From Clostridiales bacterium (GTDB lineage Bacteria; Bacillota; Clostridia; DUOD01), in contig DUOD01000013.1 in the NCBI GenBank assembly GCA_012838995.1, positions 28,561 through 92,560 on the forward strand: a stretch of 64,000 nt of DNA. The letters are read 5' to 3'. A program made the translations under genes and the position numbers. Shown one piece after another: positions 31,655 through 40,487 of this stretch. Under the pieces are notes generated by a model. That model ran no database searches and had not been told where the DNA came from. It saw only the letters and a program-made list of their open reading frames with translations. Position 1 is the first letter of the stretch, and each line of letters starts with the position of its first letter.

Positions 31655-33133
31655 TTACCCAGAACCGGAGTCTTTATCGATGTTTCTTAAAAAACTCGGC
31701 CTGTACTTTACCTCGGGAACGGGTTTTCTTACCAATATGGTTTTAAGGGATCTAGTGTCCAAGGGTATTAGCGGCCATAGATAATTGGTACCGCCAAAGG
31801 ATTTTGTGGTAATCAATACTACAGCGGTAAACACCAACCCAAGGATAAAACCCAAATGGTTTAGTAATCCGGTTAAAATAAGGACCATCATCCTAAATAG
31901 TTTTATAGCAAGGGCAAACTCGATGCTTGGTATGGCGAAGGAGCAAATAGCCGTAAAGGCCATGTATAAAATGGTCTCCGGTACGAACATACCCACCTTT
32001 ATCGCCAGTTCCCCTAAAAGCAGTGCGCCTATAATGCCCAGGGACGTTGTTAATGCGTTGGGAGTGTGTATAGAAGCCATCCTTAAAACATCAATGCCAA
32101 ACTCCAGGATTAGAAACTGCAAAAGTAGGGGTAGCGTACTTTTCTCCTTTGGTCCTAAAAATTTCAGCCATTCGGGAAGGCTTGCCTTGTTTTGGACCAA
32201 CAGCAACCATATGGGTACCAGTATCAATGAAATTAGGATGGAAATCAAACGGATCCATCTAAGGTAAGTGCCTACCGTGGGTGCCTGGTAGTAATCCTCG
32301 GCATGCTGGGTAAAATGGAAAACGCTGACGGGCAGTATCATTACACTTGGGGATGTATCCACCATGACAATAATATGACCTTCCAACAGATGGGCGGCCG
32401 CCACGTCGGGGCGTTCGGTATAACGTATTTTGGGAAAAGGATTCCAGCTCCTGCCTATAATAAATTCCTCCAAGGTTTTTTCAGACATCTCCAGGGAGTC
32501 GGTATCGATGCTTTTTATCTTTTCCTTTACTTTTTTTACAAGATCGGGGTTTGCGATATCTTCTATGTACGAAACCACCACATCGCTTTTGGACCTGTTA
32601 CCCACCGACAATATTTCGTTCCTCAGCCTCGGATCCCTTATCCTTCTTCGTATAAGGGCGGTGTTAAATACTATGGTTTCCACCAGCCCGTCCCTTGAAC
32701 CACGGGTCACCCTTTCAAGGTCTGATTCTTCAGGGTTTCTGGCGGGATACTCCCGAGTATCCAAAAGTATTGCTTTGTCAATACCGTCTATGATAAGCGC
32801 ACACATCCCCGATAAAATACCGTCAATGACGAGATCGAACTCTTCCTGTATTTCAGTTTCGATATAAGGGATTTTGGTTTCTATTATCTTTTGCGGGGAC
32901 AGGGGGGCTATCTCCTCCCGGGTTGTATGTTGCAGAATCTTTAAAATGAATAATAATATGTCATCCTTTGTGAAGCCGTCAACAAAGATAATCGCCGCAT
33001 CTTTGCCGCATGTTTTTAACCTCCTTAGGATGATGTCGAAGTTTATGCCTATGGCCAACTTTTGGGAAATTTCTTCTATGTTATCCTTTAGCTTTTTTGT
33101 TAACTTGCCGCTAATTGTCACTGTAAAATCCAC
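31655..33133 (-). CDS. GerA-family spore germination protein with no adjacent B or C subunit; SpoVAF-like
   Basis: 492 aa with a soluble GerAA-type N-terminal domain and a C-terminal 4-5 helix membrane domain. There is no gerAB/gerAC nearby, and its start overlaps the stop of the upstream SpoVAEA-like gene. Confidence 0.6.
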   Translation of the reverse strand: MDFTVTISGKLTKKLKDNIEEISQKLAIGINFDIILRRLKTCGKDAAIIFVDGFTKDDILLFILKILQHTTREEIAPLSPQKIIETKIPYIETEIQEEFDLVIDGILSGMCALIIDGIDKAILLDTREYPARNPEESDLERVTRGSRDGLVETIVFNTALIRRRIRDPRLRNEILSVGNRSKSDVVVSYIEDIANPDLVKKVKEKIKSIDTDSLEMSEKTLEEFIIGRSWNPFPKIRYTERPDVAAAHLLEGHIIVMVDTSPSVMILPVSVFHFTQHAEDYYQAPTVGTYLRWIRLISILISLILVPIWLLLVQNKASLPEWLKFLGPKEKSTLPLLLQFLILEFGIDVLRMASIHTPNALTTSLGIIGALLLGELAIKVGMFVPETILYMAFTAICSFAIPSIEFALAIKLFRMMVLILTGLLNHLGFILGLVFTAVVLITTKSFGGTNYLWPLIPLDTRSLKTILVRKPVPEVKYRPSFLRNIDKDSGSG

Positions 33134-33680
33134 TCCTGACCAGTATTTCCTTTAGGGCTTTGGTGGTAATGGGCGCACCTTTCTTTATCTCATCCTTAAA
33201 ATTCATTTTACCCGGATCGCCAATGCCGATTATTATAGGAATATCAAGATCCTTAAGGATGCTTAAGGTATCACCGTAACATACATTGTCTTCCCTTTTA
33301 TTCCCGTTTTTATCCACCGCCTGATTTATCACCTGGCCGGTATTTGTCACCGAGGCATCAACTGTTATCCCTTCACCCCTTTCCATATTGGATGCAACGG
33401 CCACCACTCCCAAGACTTGTATCTCTTCATCATTGCATATGCTGCTTATAACCTCTTCGCCCTTGCCATGGCCCAATACTCCCCTGTCGTCCACCATAAC
33501 CACCACCGGGTCATGGGGTGTTTTTTTTATTTGTTCCTTTATGAATTCACCGGTTTTCATAGTGGGGTTTCCGGCCGAGCTGGATATACAACGGCCGTTA
33601 ATATTTTTCGCCGCCTGCTCAACGGCGCCCTTTGCCACCATATCACCGTCGGTTACGATTATTACCTTTCTTTTGTCCAT
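33111..33680 (-). CDS. Soluble 189-aa protein, SpoVAEA-like by context; carries Toprim-like acidic motifs
   Basis: KVIIVTDGDM...VVVMVDDRGVLGHGKGE is an arrangement similar to E...DxD Toprim proteins. It is translationally coupled to the SpoVAF-like gene. I cannot verify the family without a search. Confidence 0.35.
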   Translation of the reverse strand: MDKRKVIIVTDGDMVAKGAVEQAAKNINGRCISSSAGNPTMKTGEFIKEQIKKTPHDPVVVMVDDRGVLGHGKGEEVISSICNDEEIQVLGVVAVASNMERGEGITVDASVTNTGQVINQAVDKNGNKREDNVCYGDTLSILKDLDIPIIIGIGDPGKMNFKDEIKKGAPITTKALKEILVRSGFYSDN

Positions 33681-33694
33681 GTCATCACCTAAAA

Positions 33695-33730
33695 CAAATA
33701 CATAAAACGGAGCCGGATAAAGCTCCGTTT
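33695..33730 (-). terminator. Intrinsic terminator after the dodecin gene
   Basis: The minus-strand RNA reads AAACGGAGCuuuauccgGCUCCGUUU followed by UAUGUAUUU, immediately after the stop at 33733. Confidence 0.55.
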
Positions 33731-33732
33731 AC

Positions 33733-33945
33733 TTACCTTTTTTCATCGACAACTTCAAATGCTACATGTACATTGGCCTTATATTCAACTATTTTTCCAT
33801 CTTTGACATTGGCTGTATTATTTATAACTTCCACTCCCACTATGTTGTCAATGGTCTTGGAAGCTTCAGCCACCGCTTCTTCTACCGCTTCCTGCCAGCT
33901 GTTCTTTGACGATCCCACAAGATCCAAAATTTTATATGTCGACAT
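33733..33945 (-). CDS. Dodecin-family small flavin-binding protein (70 aa)
   Basis: MSTYKILDLVGSSKNSWQEAVEEAVAEASKTIDNIVGVEVIN...DGKIVEYKANVHVAFEV matches the dodecin pattern (K.IE.VG.S..S...A...A...A..T...I.....V......DG.I..Y...V.V.F). An AAGGAGG RBS is present. Confidence 0.65.
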   Translation of the reverse strand: MSTYKILDLVGSSKNSWQEAVEEAVAEASKTIDNIVGVEVINNTANVKDGKIVEYKANVHVAFEVVDEKR

Positions 33946-34192
33946 ATTAAACCTCCTTAAAAACTATTGTATTTTTAGTTTGCAGCTTTGTAATATATTT
34001 ATTCTTCCTAAAAATTTTCCAACATGTTCCTTGTATTCTTTTGGTCATGGCTGCCTTCCATATATTTTGTTATATCCTTTTTGTTATTTTTCGCCGACAA
34101 CTCTTCCATAATATCCAATGTCAAGGTCCTTATATTATGGTGCCCTTGCCTTTCTTTTTGGATATGGTCCTCCATAGCCGCCACCGTCCTTC

Positions 34193-34366
34193 CTAAGCGC
34201 TCATCTTGTTCCGGCCAAAGCAATCTTCCGTTTCCATTACAAATTTTGCACCGGAATAGCTCCTGCTTTGTTCCTTCTTCGCGATCAATCTGAAGGCCGC
34301 TATCAGGAAAACAAAGGACAAAAACAGTACTATGGCCAATGTGAAGGTTGTTATACGGGTTTCCAT
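34193..34366 (-). CDS. Small membrane protein, 57 aa, hand-called. It lies in a different frame from the 138-aa track ORF 34008..34424 that overlaps it
   Basis: GGAGG lies 9 nt upstream of the ATG. Translation gives METRITTFTLAIVLFLSFVFLIAAFRLIAKKEQSRSYSGAKFVMETEDCFGRNKMSA, with one clear transmembrane helix. The 138-aa ORF in the other frame has no RBS and no recognisable features. Confidence 0.4.
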   Translation of the reverse strand: METRITTFTLAIVLFLSFVFLIAAFRLIAKKEQSRSYSGAKFVMETEDCFGRNKMSA

Positions 34367-34479
34367 GACAATTTTCCTCCTCTTTGGTCATAAAAATAAT
34401 CCGATATAGCATAGTATCTAACATTTACCGTGCATTTATGTAATTTAAAACCACAAAAAAAAAGCAGTCGGTAGACTGC

Positions 34480-35214
34480 CTATTCCAACATACTCTTCAT
34501 TTTTTCGATTACCTTTTTTTCTACCCTGGACACCTGCACCTGGGATATACCCAATAAATCTGCTATTTCCCTTTGGGTTTTATCCTTAAAATATCTAAGG
34601 ATTATTATCTGCCGTTCCCTCTTTTCCAACTTAAGTAATAATTCTTTTAGGATTAGTTTGTCTATCATTTCTCCTTCCATATTGTCCTGATCGGTTAATT
34701 TATCCATCACTGTGACATCCTTGCCCTCTTCATGATATACCGGTTCATGCAAGGACAACGGAACCAGACTGGCTTCCAGGGCATTTAATATATCACCGAT
34801 ATTCAGCTGGGTTTCCTTGCTTATCTCCGTTATGGTAGGGTCTCTGTTATACTCCTTCTTAAGCTTTTCGGAAGCAGCCTTTATTTTAACGGCAAGGTCC
34901 TTTAAATTTCTACTTACCTTTATCATTCCGTCGTCTCTTATAAACCGCTTTATCTCGCCCAAAATCATGGGGACGGCATAGGTAGAAAATTTTACATTAA
35001 AACTTTCGTCAAAGTTGTTTATCGCCTTCATCAGTCCAATACTTCCCACTTGGAAGAGATCTTCATATTCATGACCGCGGCCCAGAAATCTTTTGGCAAT
35101 ACTCTTTATCAGCCCGATATTCCTATTCACCACATATTCCCGCGCCCTTTTACTTCCGGCCTTTGCTTGTCTTAAAACTTCCAGATAATCCTGGTCTTCG
35201 GAATGTTGACCCAT
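34480..35214 (-). CDS. sigF: Sporulation sigma factor SigF (sigma-F)
   Basis: Sigma-70 regions 2-4 with SigF-type residues (LIKSIAKRFLGRGHEYEDLFQVG...). It sits downstream of spoIIAB. Confidence 0.9.
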   Translation of the reverse strand: MGQHSEDQDYLEVLRQAKAGSKRAREYVVNRNIGLIKSIAKRFLGRGHEYEDLFQVGSIGLMKAINNFDESFNVKFSTYAVPMILGEIKRFIRDDGMIKVSRNLKDLAVKIKAASEKLKKEYNRDPTITEISKETQLNIGDILNALEASLVPLSLHEPVYHEEGKDVTVMDKLTDQDNMEGEMIDKLILKELLLKLEKRERQIIILRYFKDKTQREIADLLGISQVQVSRVEKKVIEKMKSMLE

Positions 35215-35227
35215 AACTGCCCCTCCT

Positions 35228-35662
35228 TTAATCGGAGGTATCAGCTAAATATTTTTTTAGTGTTACCCGGGTACCTTTATTGACGTGTGATTCTACTATT
35301 ACTTCGTCCATAAAAGTTTCCATTACCGTAAAGCCCATTCCCGACCTTTCAAGCTCAGGCTTTGACGTATAAAGGGGCTGTTTTGCCTTTTCTATATCTT
35401 CTATTCCCTTTCCTTCATCAATAACACTTATCGTTATTCCTTTATCGTCTATAATGCCATGGATTTTTACATAGCCTAATTTATTTTCATAGCCATGGAT
35501 AATGGCATTGGTAACTGCCTCAGAAACGGCCGTTTTTATATCCGCTAACTGTTCAAGGGTAGGATTTAACTGTGCTGCAAAGGCACTTACCACTATCCGC
35601 GCAAAGGATTCATTTTGTGAGATGCTTAAAAACTCAACCTTGAACTCATTTTTTTTGTTCAT
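35228..35662 (-). CDS. spoIIAB: Anti-sigma F factor (serine kinase) SpoIIAB
   Basis: GHKL ATPase motifs ([17 protein letters not shown]) at 144 aa. Confidence 0.9.
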   Translation of the reverse strand: MNKKNEFKVEFLSISQNESFARIVVSAFAAQLNPTLEQLADIKTAVSEAVTNAIIHGYENKLGYVKIHGIIDDKGITISVIDEGKGIEDIEKAKQPLYTSKPELERSGMGFTVMETFMDEVIVESHVNKGTRVTLKKYLADTSD

Positions 35663-35706
35663 ACAACCTATCTCCCCTCAATATCTTATAAAAAACCAAA
35701 GCATGT

Positions 35707-36015
35707 TTATTTGCGAACCTTTATTATATTAAACAGGCCGGATACCTCCATGACCTTTTTCACCTGCGGTGAAAGGTTGGTCACCCACACTTGTCCGCCC
35801 CTTTGTGAAATGCTTTTATATCTACCTATTATTACTCCCACTCCGGAACTGTCCATAAAGGGAACCCCTTTAAAATCCAGCAACAATTTTTTTGCATTTG
35901 TCTTATTTATCATCCCCTCCAGGGCATTTCTAAAACTGACGGAAGAATGGTGATCGAGTTCCCCTTGCATATGTACAATTAGCGTATCCCCTTGTTTATC
36001 AAAAATAAATTTCAA
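35707..36015 (-). CDS. spoIIAA: Anti-sigma F factor antagonist SpoIIAA (STAS domain)
   Basis: STAS fold with the phosphorylatable Ser motif (DSSGVGVIIG) at 102 aa. Confidence 0.9.
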   Translation of the reverse strand: MKFIFDKQGDTLIVHMQGELDHHSSVSFRNALEGMINKTNAKKLLLDFKGVPFMDSSGVGVIIGRYKSISQRGGQVWVTNLSPQVKKVMEVSGLFNIIKVRK

Positions 36016-36049
36016 CCAAAAAAACCCCCTTCTAATACTAAATCATGGT

Positions 36050-36078
36050 TATATTCTACCTTCGTCTAATTTTTCCTT
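36050..36078 (-). promoter_or_regulatory. Sigma-H-type promoter for the spoIIA operon
   Basis: The minus strand reads GAAGGAAAA (a -35-like AGGAWWW), then 11 nt, then GTAGAATAT (a -10-like RNNGAATWW). It is positioned about 35-60 nt upstream of the spoIIAA ATG. Confidence 0.4.
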
Positions 36079-36150
36079 CGTAAAAGAATGTAGTATTTTG
36101 GGGGAAAACTAAATTTATTTATATTTTTTTATGATTTGCCACGGTTACCG

Positions 36151-36885
36151 TCACGCCTTTGTTCCATATATTAGTATTCGGGAGCTGGAGTTCTCGTCAT
36201 ACTCTTCCAGGGAATAACTACCGTATACCTCCTTAATCTCTAAGCCTGCTGAGTAAAATATCCTCTTGAAGTCATCAAGGGTATACAGCTTCACCCTTTC
36301 CATGTATGTTTTACACCTGCTTTTATCGCTAACTATAATCCTTTTTATTACCGTGTTATTTTCTATCCACCTGGTCTCCTTAACAGAAGTGCCGTCTACT
36401 ATTCTGTGGGAAAAGGGAACGATATTTTTTCTGATATAGCAAGGGTTTAGAAAGTCAAGCAGTACCCTGCCCTCATTCTTTAATACCTTGCTGATTTCCG
36501 TTATCACTTTGTAATTGTCTCGGTCATCTTCGAAGTATCCAAAGCTTGTAAACAGATTTAACACTACATCAAATAATTGATAATAAGGAAGGCTTCTCAT
36601 GTCATGTCTTTTAAATTCCACCCAGCCATTTTCTAACCTTTGGGCCCTTGCCTTTGCAATTGACAACAAATATTCAGACAGGTCTATGCCCAATACCCTG
36701 TAGCCCAGTCGGGCCAGGGAAATGCTGTGGCGACCGTTACCACAGCATAAATCCATAATATATTCATCTTTTTTTATACCCAGCAACTTAATTATGGTAG
36801 CAACTTCCTTCATTCCTAATTCATTGTTCCTATGGCTGTATATTTTAAGATAATCTTCACCAAAGCTTTCTTCGTACCAGTGCAT
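36151..36885 (-). CDS. Class I SAM-dependent methyltransferase (244 aa) immediately downstream of bshA
   Basis: Motif I (LDLCCGNGRHS) and motif II/post-I residues; a 32-nt gap separates it from bshA. Confidence 0.7.
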   Translation of the reverse strand: MHWYEESFGEDYLKIYSHRNNELGMKEVATIIKLLGIKKDEYIMDLCCGNGRHSISLARLGYRVLGIDLSEYLLSIAKARAQRLENGWVEFKRHDMRSLPYYQLFDVVLNLFTSFGYFEDDRDNYKVITEISKVLKNEGRVLLDFLNPCYIRKNIVPFSHRIVDGTSVKETRWIENNTVIKRIIVSDKSRCKTYMERVKLYTLDDFKRIFYSAGLEIKEVYGSYSLEEYDENSSSRILIYGTKA

Positions 36886-36917
36886 TTAAACTTTCCTTTC
36901 GTTGTTTTTATTAAAAG

Positions 36918-38036
36918 CTATGTTATAAGCTGTTTATAGACATTTTCATACCGTGGAATTATTTTATCGGCAGTAAAGTTGTTCCTTGCATGTTCAACGG
37001 ACTTTTCTCTCATTTCACTTAGTTTTTCGTCATCCTTTAATATATCAATTCCATGACGGGCCATGGTATGTACATCTCCTATATCGCACAGGTAACCTGT
37101 ATGGCCGTGTTTTACCACTTCCGGGATTCCTCCGGCATTTGACGCAATGACCGGTACACCGCAGGCCATGGCTTCCAAGGCTACCAACCCGAAACTTTCG
37201 GTATCCGAAGTCAACAAAAACAGATCCGACATGGAAAGAAGTTTTACTATATCGGTCTGCTTTCCTAAAAAGTGTACCTTGGATATAATATTCAGGTCTT
37301 GCGCCAACTTATAAGCATTGTTCCGTTCCGGCCCATCGCCCACCATAAGCAGATGACAATCAACTTCCCTTTGTATCAGGTCAAAGGTTTTTATAACATC
37401 ATCAATGCGTTTTACCGGTCTAAAATTTGATATATGGATTATTATTTTTTTACCGGTGCCAAACAAGGATTCCCTGGTGTTTTGGGCATTAAGCCTCTTA
37501 AACCTGTCGATATTGATAAAATTATATATTGTTTTTATGGGCTTGTTTACGTTAAAAAATTGCTTTGTATGACGGGTTAGGAAACTTGATACCGAGGTGA
37601 CACAGTCACTTTGGTTTATCATGAATTCTGTAATGTTTTTTAGTTGGGGGTTTTTACCTACAACGGTGATATCTGTACCATGAAGGGTGGTAACCGTTTT
37701 AAGGTCGTACCGGTCCAGCATTTCCCTAGCCAGATATGCACTGGCCGAATGGGGAATGGCATAATGGGCATGGATAATATCTAATTTTTCCCTTTGGGCA
37801 ACCTGTGCTATTTTAGCCGCTAAAGCCAACAAATAGGGTTTATGGATAAAAACCGGATAGTCCACCAGTTCCACTTCATGAAAATATATATTCCTTTGGT
37901 AATTATTTAATCTAAAGGGTTGGTCATAGGAAATAAAGTGCACGTTATGACCCCTGGATGCTAATTCCATACCCAGCTCAGTTGCCACCACCCCGCTTCC
38001 TCCATAAGTGGGATAACAACAAATACCGATGTTCAT
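36918..38036 (-). CDS. bshA: N-acetyl-alpha-D-glucosaminyl L-malate synthase (bacillithiol glycosyltransferase, GT4)
   Basis: The N-terminus MNIGICCYPTYGGSGVVATELGMELASRGH matches the BshA signature, and there is a GT-B C-terminal domain with E...E. The start overlaps the bshB stop (TGATG). Confidence 0.8.
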   Translation of the reverse strand: MNIGICCYPTYGGSGVVATELGMELASRGHNVHFISYDQPFRLNNYQRNIYFHEVELVDYPVFIHKPYLLALAAKIAQVAQREKLDIIHAHYAIPHSASAYLAREMLDRYDLKTVTTLHGTDITVVGKNPQLKNITEFMINQSDCVTSVSSFLTRHTKQFFNVNKPIKTIYNFINIDRFKRLNAQNTRESLFGTGKKIIIHISNFRPVKRIDDVIKTFDLIQREVDCHLLMVGDGPERNNAYKLAQDLNIISKVHFLGKQTDIVKLLSMSDLFLLTSDTESFGLVALEAMACGVPVIASNAGGIPEVVKHGHTGYLCDIGDVHTMARHGIDILKDDEKLSEMREKSVEHARNNFTADKIIPRYENVYKQLIT

Positions 38037-38746
38037 CAAATTACACCTCCATCGAAGAAATTGTTTATCCCAAGAGGTTTTTGGGTGCAAAACCCTTCTC
38101 CGTATTTAAACCCTGCCTGGACACCTAAGTATGAATCTCTGCACCTGATCTTCGATATATAATCGCTGTTTAAGGGTGTGGTCAAATCCCCCTTATCCTT
38201 TACAAACTGGCTTTTAAAACATGATAAAGCCCTCAGCTTCATATCGTAGTATCGAGAGACATCCACCACTAAATCCGGTGTTTCATCAAAAGCGTTGATA
38301 TAGTAATAAAATACCCGGCGTACCCTATGGGGTTTTTGTTCACAGGGGAATTTAGCCAGGGTGCTGTCAAATACCGCATGGCTAATCAACTCACTGCATC
38401 TTACATGGTCGGGATGCCGGTCCTTTGCCAAGGGTGCAAAAACATAAGCCGGTTTATAAACCCTTATCAGCTCCACTATCCTTTGCCTGTTTTCCAAATT
38501 ACAGTCTATATTTCCGTCTTCAATTCCCAGATTGATCCTGGATCTAAGTTTGAGGATATCTGCAGATCTTTTAGCCTCCTTTGCCCTTTGTTCAACGGTA
38601 CCGTTTGTCGATCTTTCACCCCTGGTCACGTCTACGAACACAGCGCTAAATCCAAGGCTTATGTGCTTTGCTACAGTTGCGGCCATCCCTATTTCAATAT
38701 CGTCGGGATGGGCACCAAAGCATAGAATGTCAACACTGGTTTTCAC
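38036..38746 (-). CDS. bshB1: N-acetyl-alpha-D-glucosaminyl L-malate deacetylase (LmbE family)
   Basis: LmbE/PIG-L motif (AHPDDIEIG) at 236 aa. Confidence 0.8.
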   Translation of the reverse strand: MKTSVDILCFGAHPDDIEIGMAATVAKHISLGFSAVFVDVTRGERSTNGTVEQRAKEAKRSADILKLRSRINLGIEDGNIDCNLENRQRIVELIRVYKPAYVFAPLAKDRHPDHVRCSELISHAVFDSTLAKFPCEQKPHRVRRVFYYYINAFDETPDLVVDVSRYYDMKLRALSCFKSQFVKDKGDLTTPLNSDYISKIRCRDSYLGVQAGFKYGEGFCTQKPLGINNFFDGGVI

Positions 38747-40406
38747 CGGTTATATCCCTCCGTTTCCTGCAAAGTTGTTCTTCAGAAACTATAAGAATTA
38801 GCCGTGGATATTTTTGATCAAGGGGCAAATTGTTTATAAGAAAATCTATGATTCTGCTACCGTATTGGGCAATAAAGGTAAATATATTAAGTTCCCTATC
38901 TTGGTCATTGCTTTTCGGATAAAGATAATCATAAAGGAGAACAAAATCCTTAACCAACTTCCGGTTGTGCTTTTTATAGTAATAGTATATCTTTCTTTCC
39001 AGATACTCAATTTGTAACCTTATTTTGTTGAAGTTGGTCTTTATTATATCCTCCCTTCCCTCTAAAAATGGAACCGACCGACCCAGCTCATCATACCGGT
39101 TTTGTATGCCCTGGCTAATGTCACTTAGTTTTTGTTTTATTTCACTAAACCCCTTGTCTTGCAAAATACGGTATGTCATCTCTTCAAGACTGTCGGATAA
39201 AACATCCTCCACCGAAAGGAAATATTTATCCATTATCGATTTAAAGTAATCATCTATTAAAATCAGTCTATTTCTAGGATATATAATGGGCATTTTCATA
39301 TTAAACAGATGATACACCCTTTTGAACTGGCAGTAGTAGGATATCTCACCGGGACCGGCGACATATGCTAAAGTGGGAAATAGTTTTTCCTGTACCACCG
39401 GTCTTAGCACCACGTTTGGACTAAACAGCCACGGATACCGGCGGATTCTCGACTTTAACCCTTCCCTGTCGCCAAAGCATACCGACCCGTCCCTGGTGAT
39501 ATATTCCTTACCCTTTGAAATTACAAGTTTTCTGATGCCATCATCATAATAAAACAGGTTGGTGGAGTGGGGCGGTATTTTTACCTGTACCCTAAAACCC
39601 ATCTCGGCTATGGCCTTGCTGGTATCTTTTACGATGCTGTTAACACTTTCCCAATTGTCAGCCGCCTGCAAAAATATATCCCACGACAATTTTCTCAATT
39701 CTAAATCCATGGGGTCCATTAATACCAGACCGTGATCCCTGAACAATGATGCCATAATCCGCGCGTACCATTCACCCAGGGTCTTTGACTGGGTAAGGGT
39801 TTTTTTCAACATATCATAGGTTTCTTCTTTATATTGACCATCTAGAGTATTATTGTATAGTATATCTAACATATTTTCCATATCAGGGGAAATGGGTATG
39901 GAACCGACGGACCGACCGACACTATCCGGTTGTTTCAATATATACCTTTTTACCTCTAGGTCCTTATTAATATAATTTATCCATGATACTTCTTGAAAAT
40001 CATGATCTTCGCTTGCTATCCAAAAAATCGGGACTACCGGTAAGCCCAGCTTAGCCTCCCAATGTCTTGCAAGGTTGATTGCGGTAATAGCCTTATATAT
40101 AGAGTATAACGGTCCTGTCAAAATACCCGCCTGCTGGCCGGTAACAACTGCATACCATAACCGGTGTTTTGCGGCTTCTAATGCCCTAAGGGTTTTAGGA
40201 CCACAACCCATCGATAGGTTATACCTTATAAGAGCATTGATCAATCGGTGGTTATTATCCCTTATATGCTGACTTAGATATTGGACTCGTTTGCATAGAC
40301 TGTCGGGTTCTTTATAATGGAACTCAAAAAAACCCCTTAGCAAACGGGAATTTTCTATATAGAAAGGAGTTATGTTTTTTCTTCTTTGATTATTGTTCAT
40401 TCCCAA
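38730..40406 (-). CDS. bshC: Bacillithiol biosynthesis cysteine-adding enzyme BshC
   Basis: The conserved segment VVTGQQAGILTGPLYSIYKA matches the VVGGQQAGLLTGPLYTIHK motif of BshC (DUF1444) at 558 aa. Confidence 0.75.
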   Translation of the reverse strand: MGMNNNQRRKNITPFYIENSRLLRGFFEFHYKEPDSLCKRVQYLSQHIRDNNHRLINALIRYNLSMGCGPKTLRALEAAKHRLWYAVVTGQQAGILTGPLYSIYKAITAINLARHWEAKLGLPVVPIFWIASEDHDFQEVSWINYINKDLEVKRYILKQPDSVGRSVGSIPISPDMENMLDILYNNTLDGQYKEETYDMLKKTLTQSKTLGEWYARIMASLFRDHGLVLMDPMDLELRKLSWDIFLQAADNWESVNSIVKDTSKAIAEMGFRVQVKIPPHSTNLFYYDDGIRKLVISKGKEYITRDGSVCFGDREGLKSRIRRYPWLFSPNVVLRPVVQEKLFPTLAYVAGPGEISYYCQFKRVYHLFNMKMPIIYPRNRLILIDDYFKSIMDKYFLSVEDVLSDSLEEMTYRILQDKGFSEIKQKLSDISQGIQNRYDELGRSVPFLEGREDIIKTNFNKIRLQIEYLERKIYYYYKKHNRKLVKDFVLLYDYLYPKSNDQDRELNIFTFIAQYGSRIIDFLINNLPLDQKYPRLILIVSEEQLCRKRRDITGENQC

Positions 40407-40439
40407 CCCAACCTAAAGTAGAATATAAAGTAAAATATG

Positions 40440-40480
40440 TTGTTAAAAAGGTCGCACAGCTTATCTAGCCACACGACCTT
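40440..40480 (-). terminator. Putative intrinsic terminator after the 74-aa gene
   Basis: The minus-strand RNA reads AAGGUCG...CGACCUU followed by UUUAAC; the loop is long, which lowers confidence. Confidence 0.35.
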
Positions 40481-40487
40481 ATGTATT

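Noticed and set aside
31273-31655. Two minus-strand ORFs (98 and 108 aa) rich in PGS/PG repeats
   Set aside because: They are the antisense reading of the in-frame D-P-G codon repeats at the 3' end of the PBP gene. That is a repeat artefact, not genes.
33946-34192. Possible FMN riboswitch upstream of the flavin-binding dodecin gene
   Set aside because: No RFN-element consensus is present. The region is AT-rich spacer with only an AAGGAGG RBS.
34008-34424. 138-aa ORF from the track, antisense-free but featureless
   Set aside because: It has no RBS, no recognisable domain and an odd composition. An overlapping 57-aa ORF in another frame has a strong RBS and a clean transmembrane helix, so the long ORF is probably a chance open frame. 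It is kept as a finding rather than a feature.
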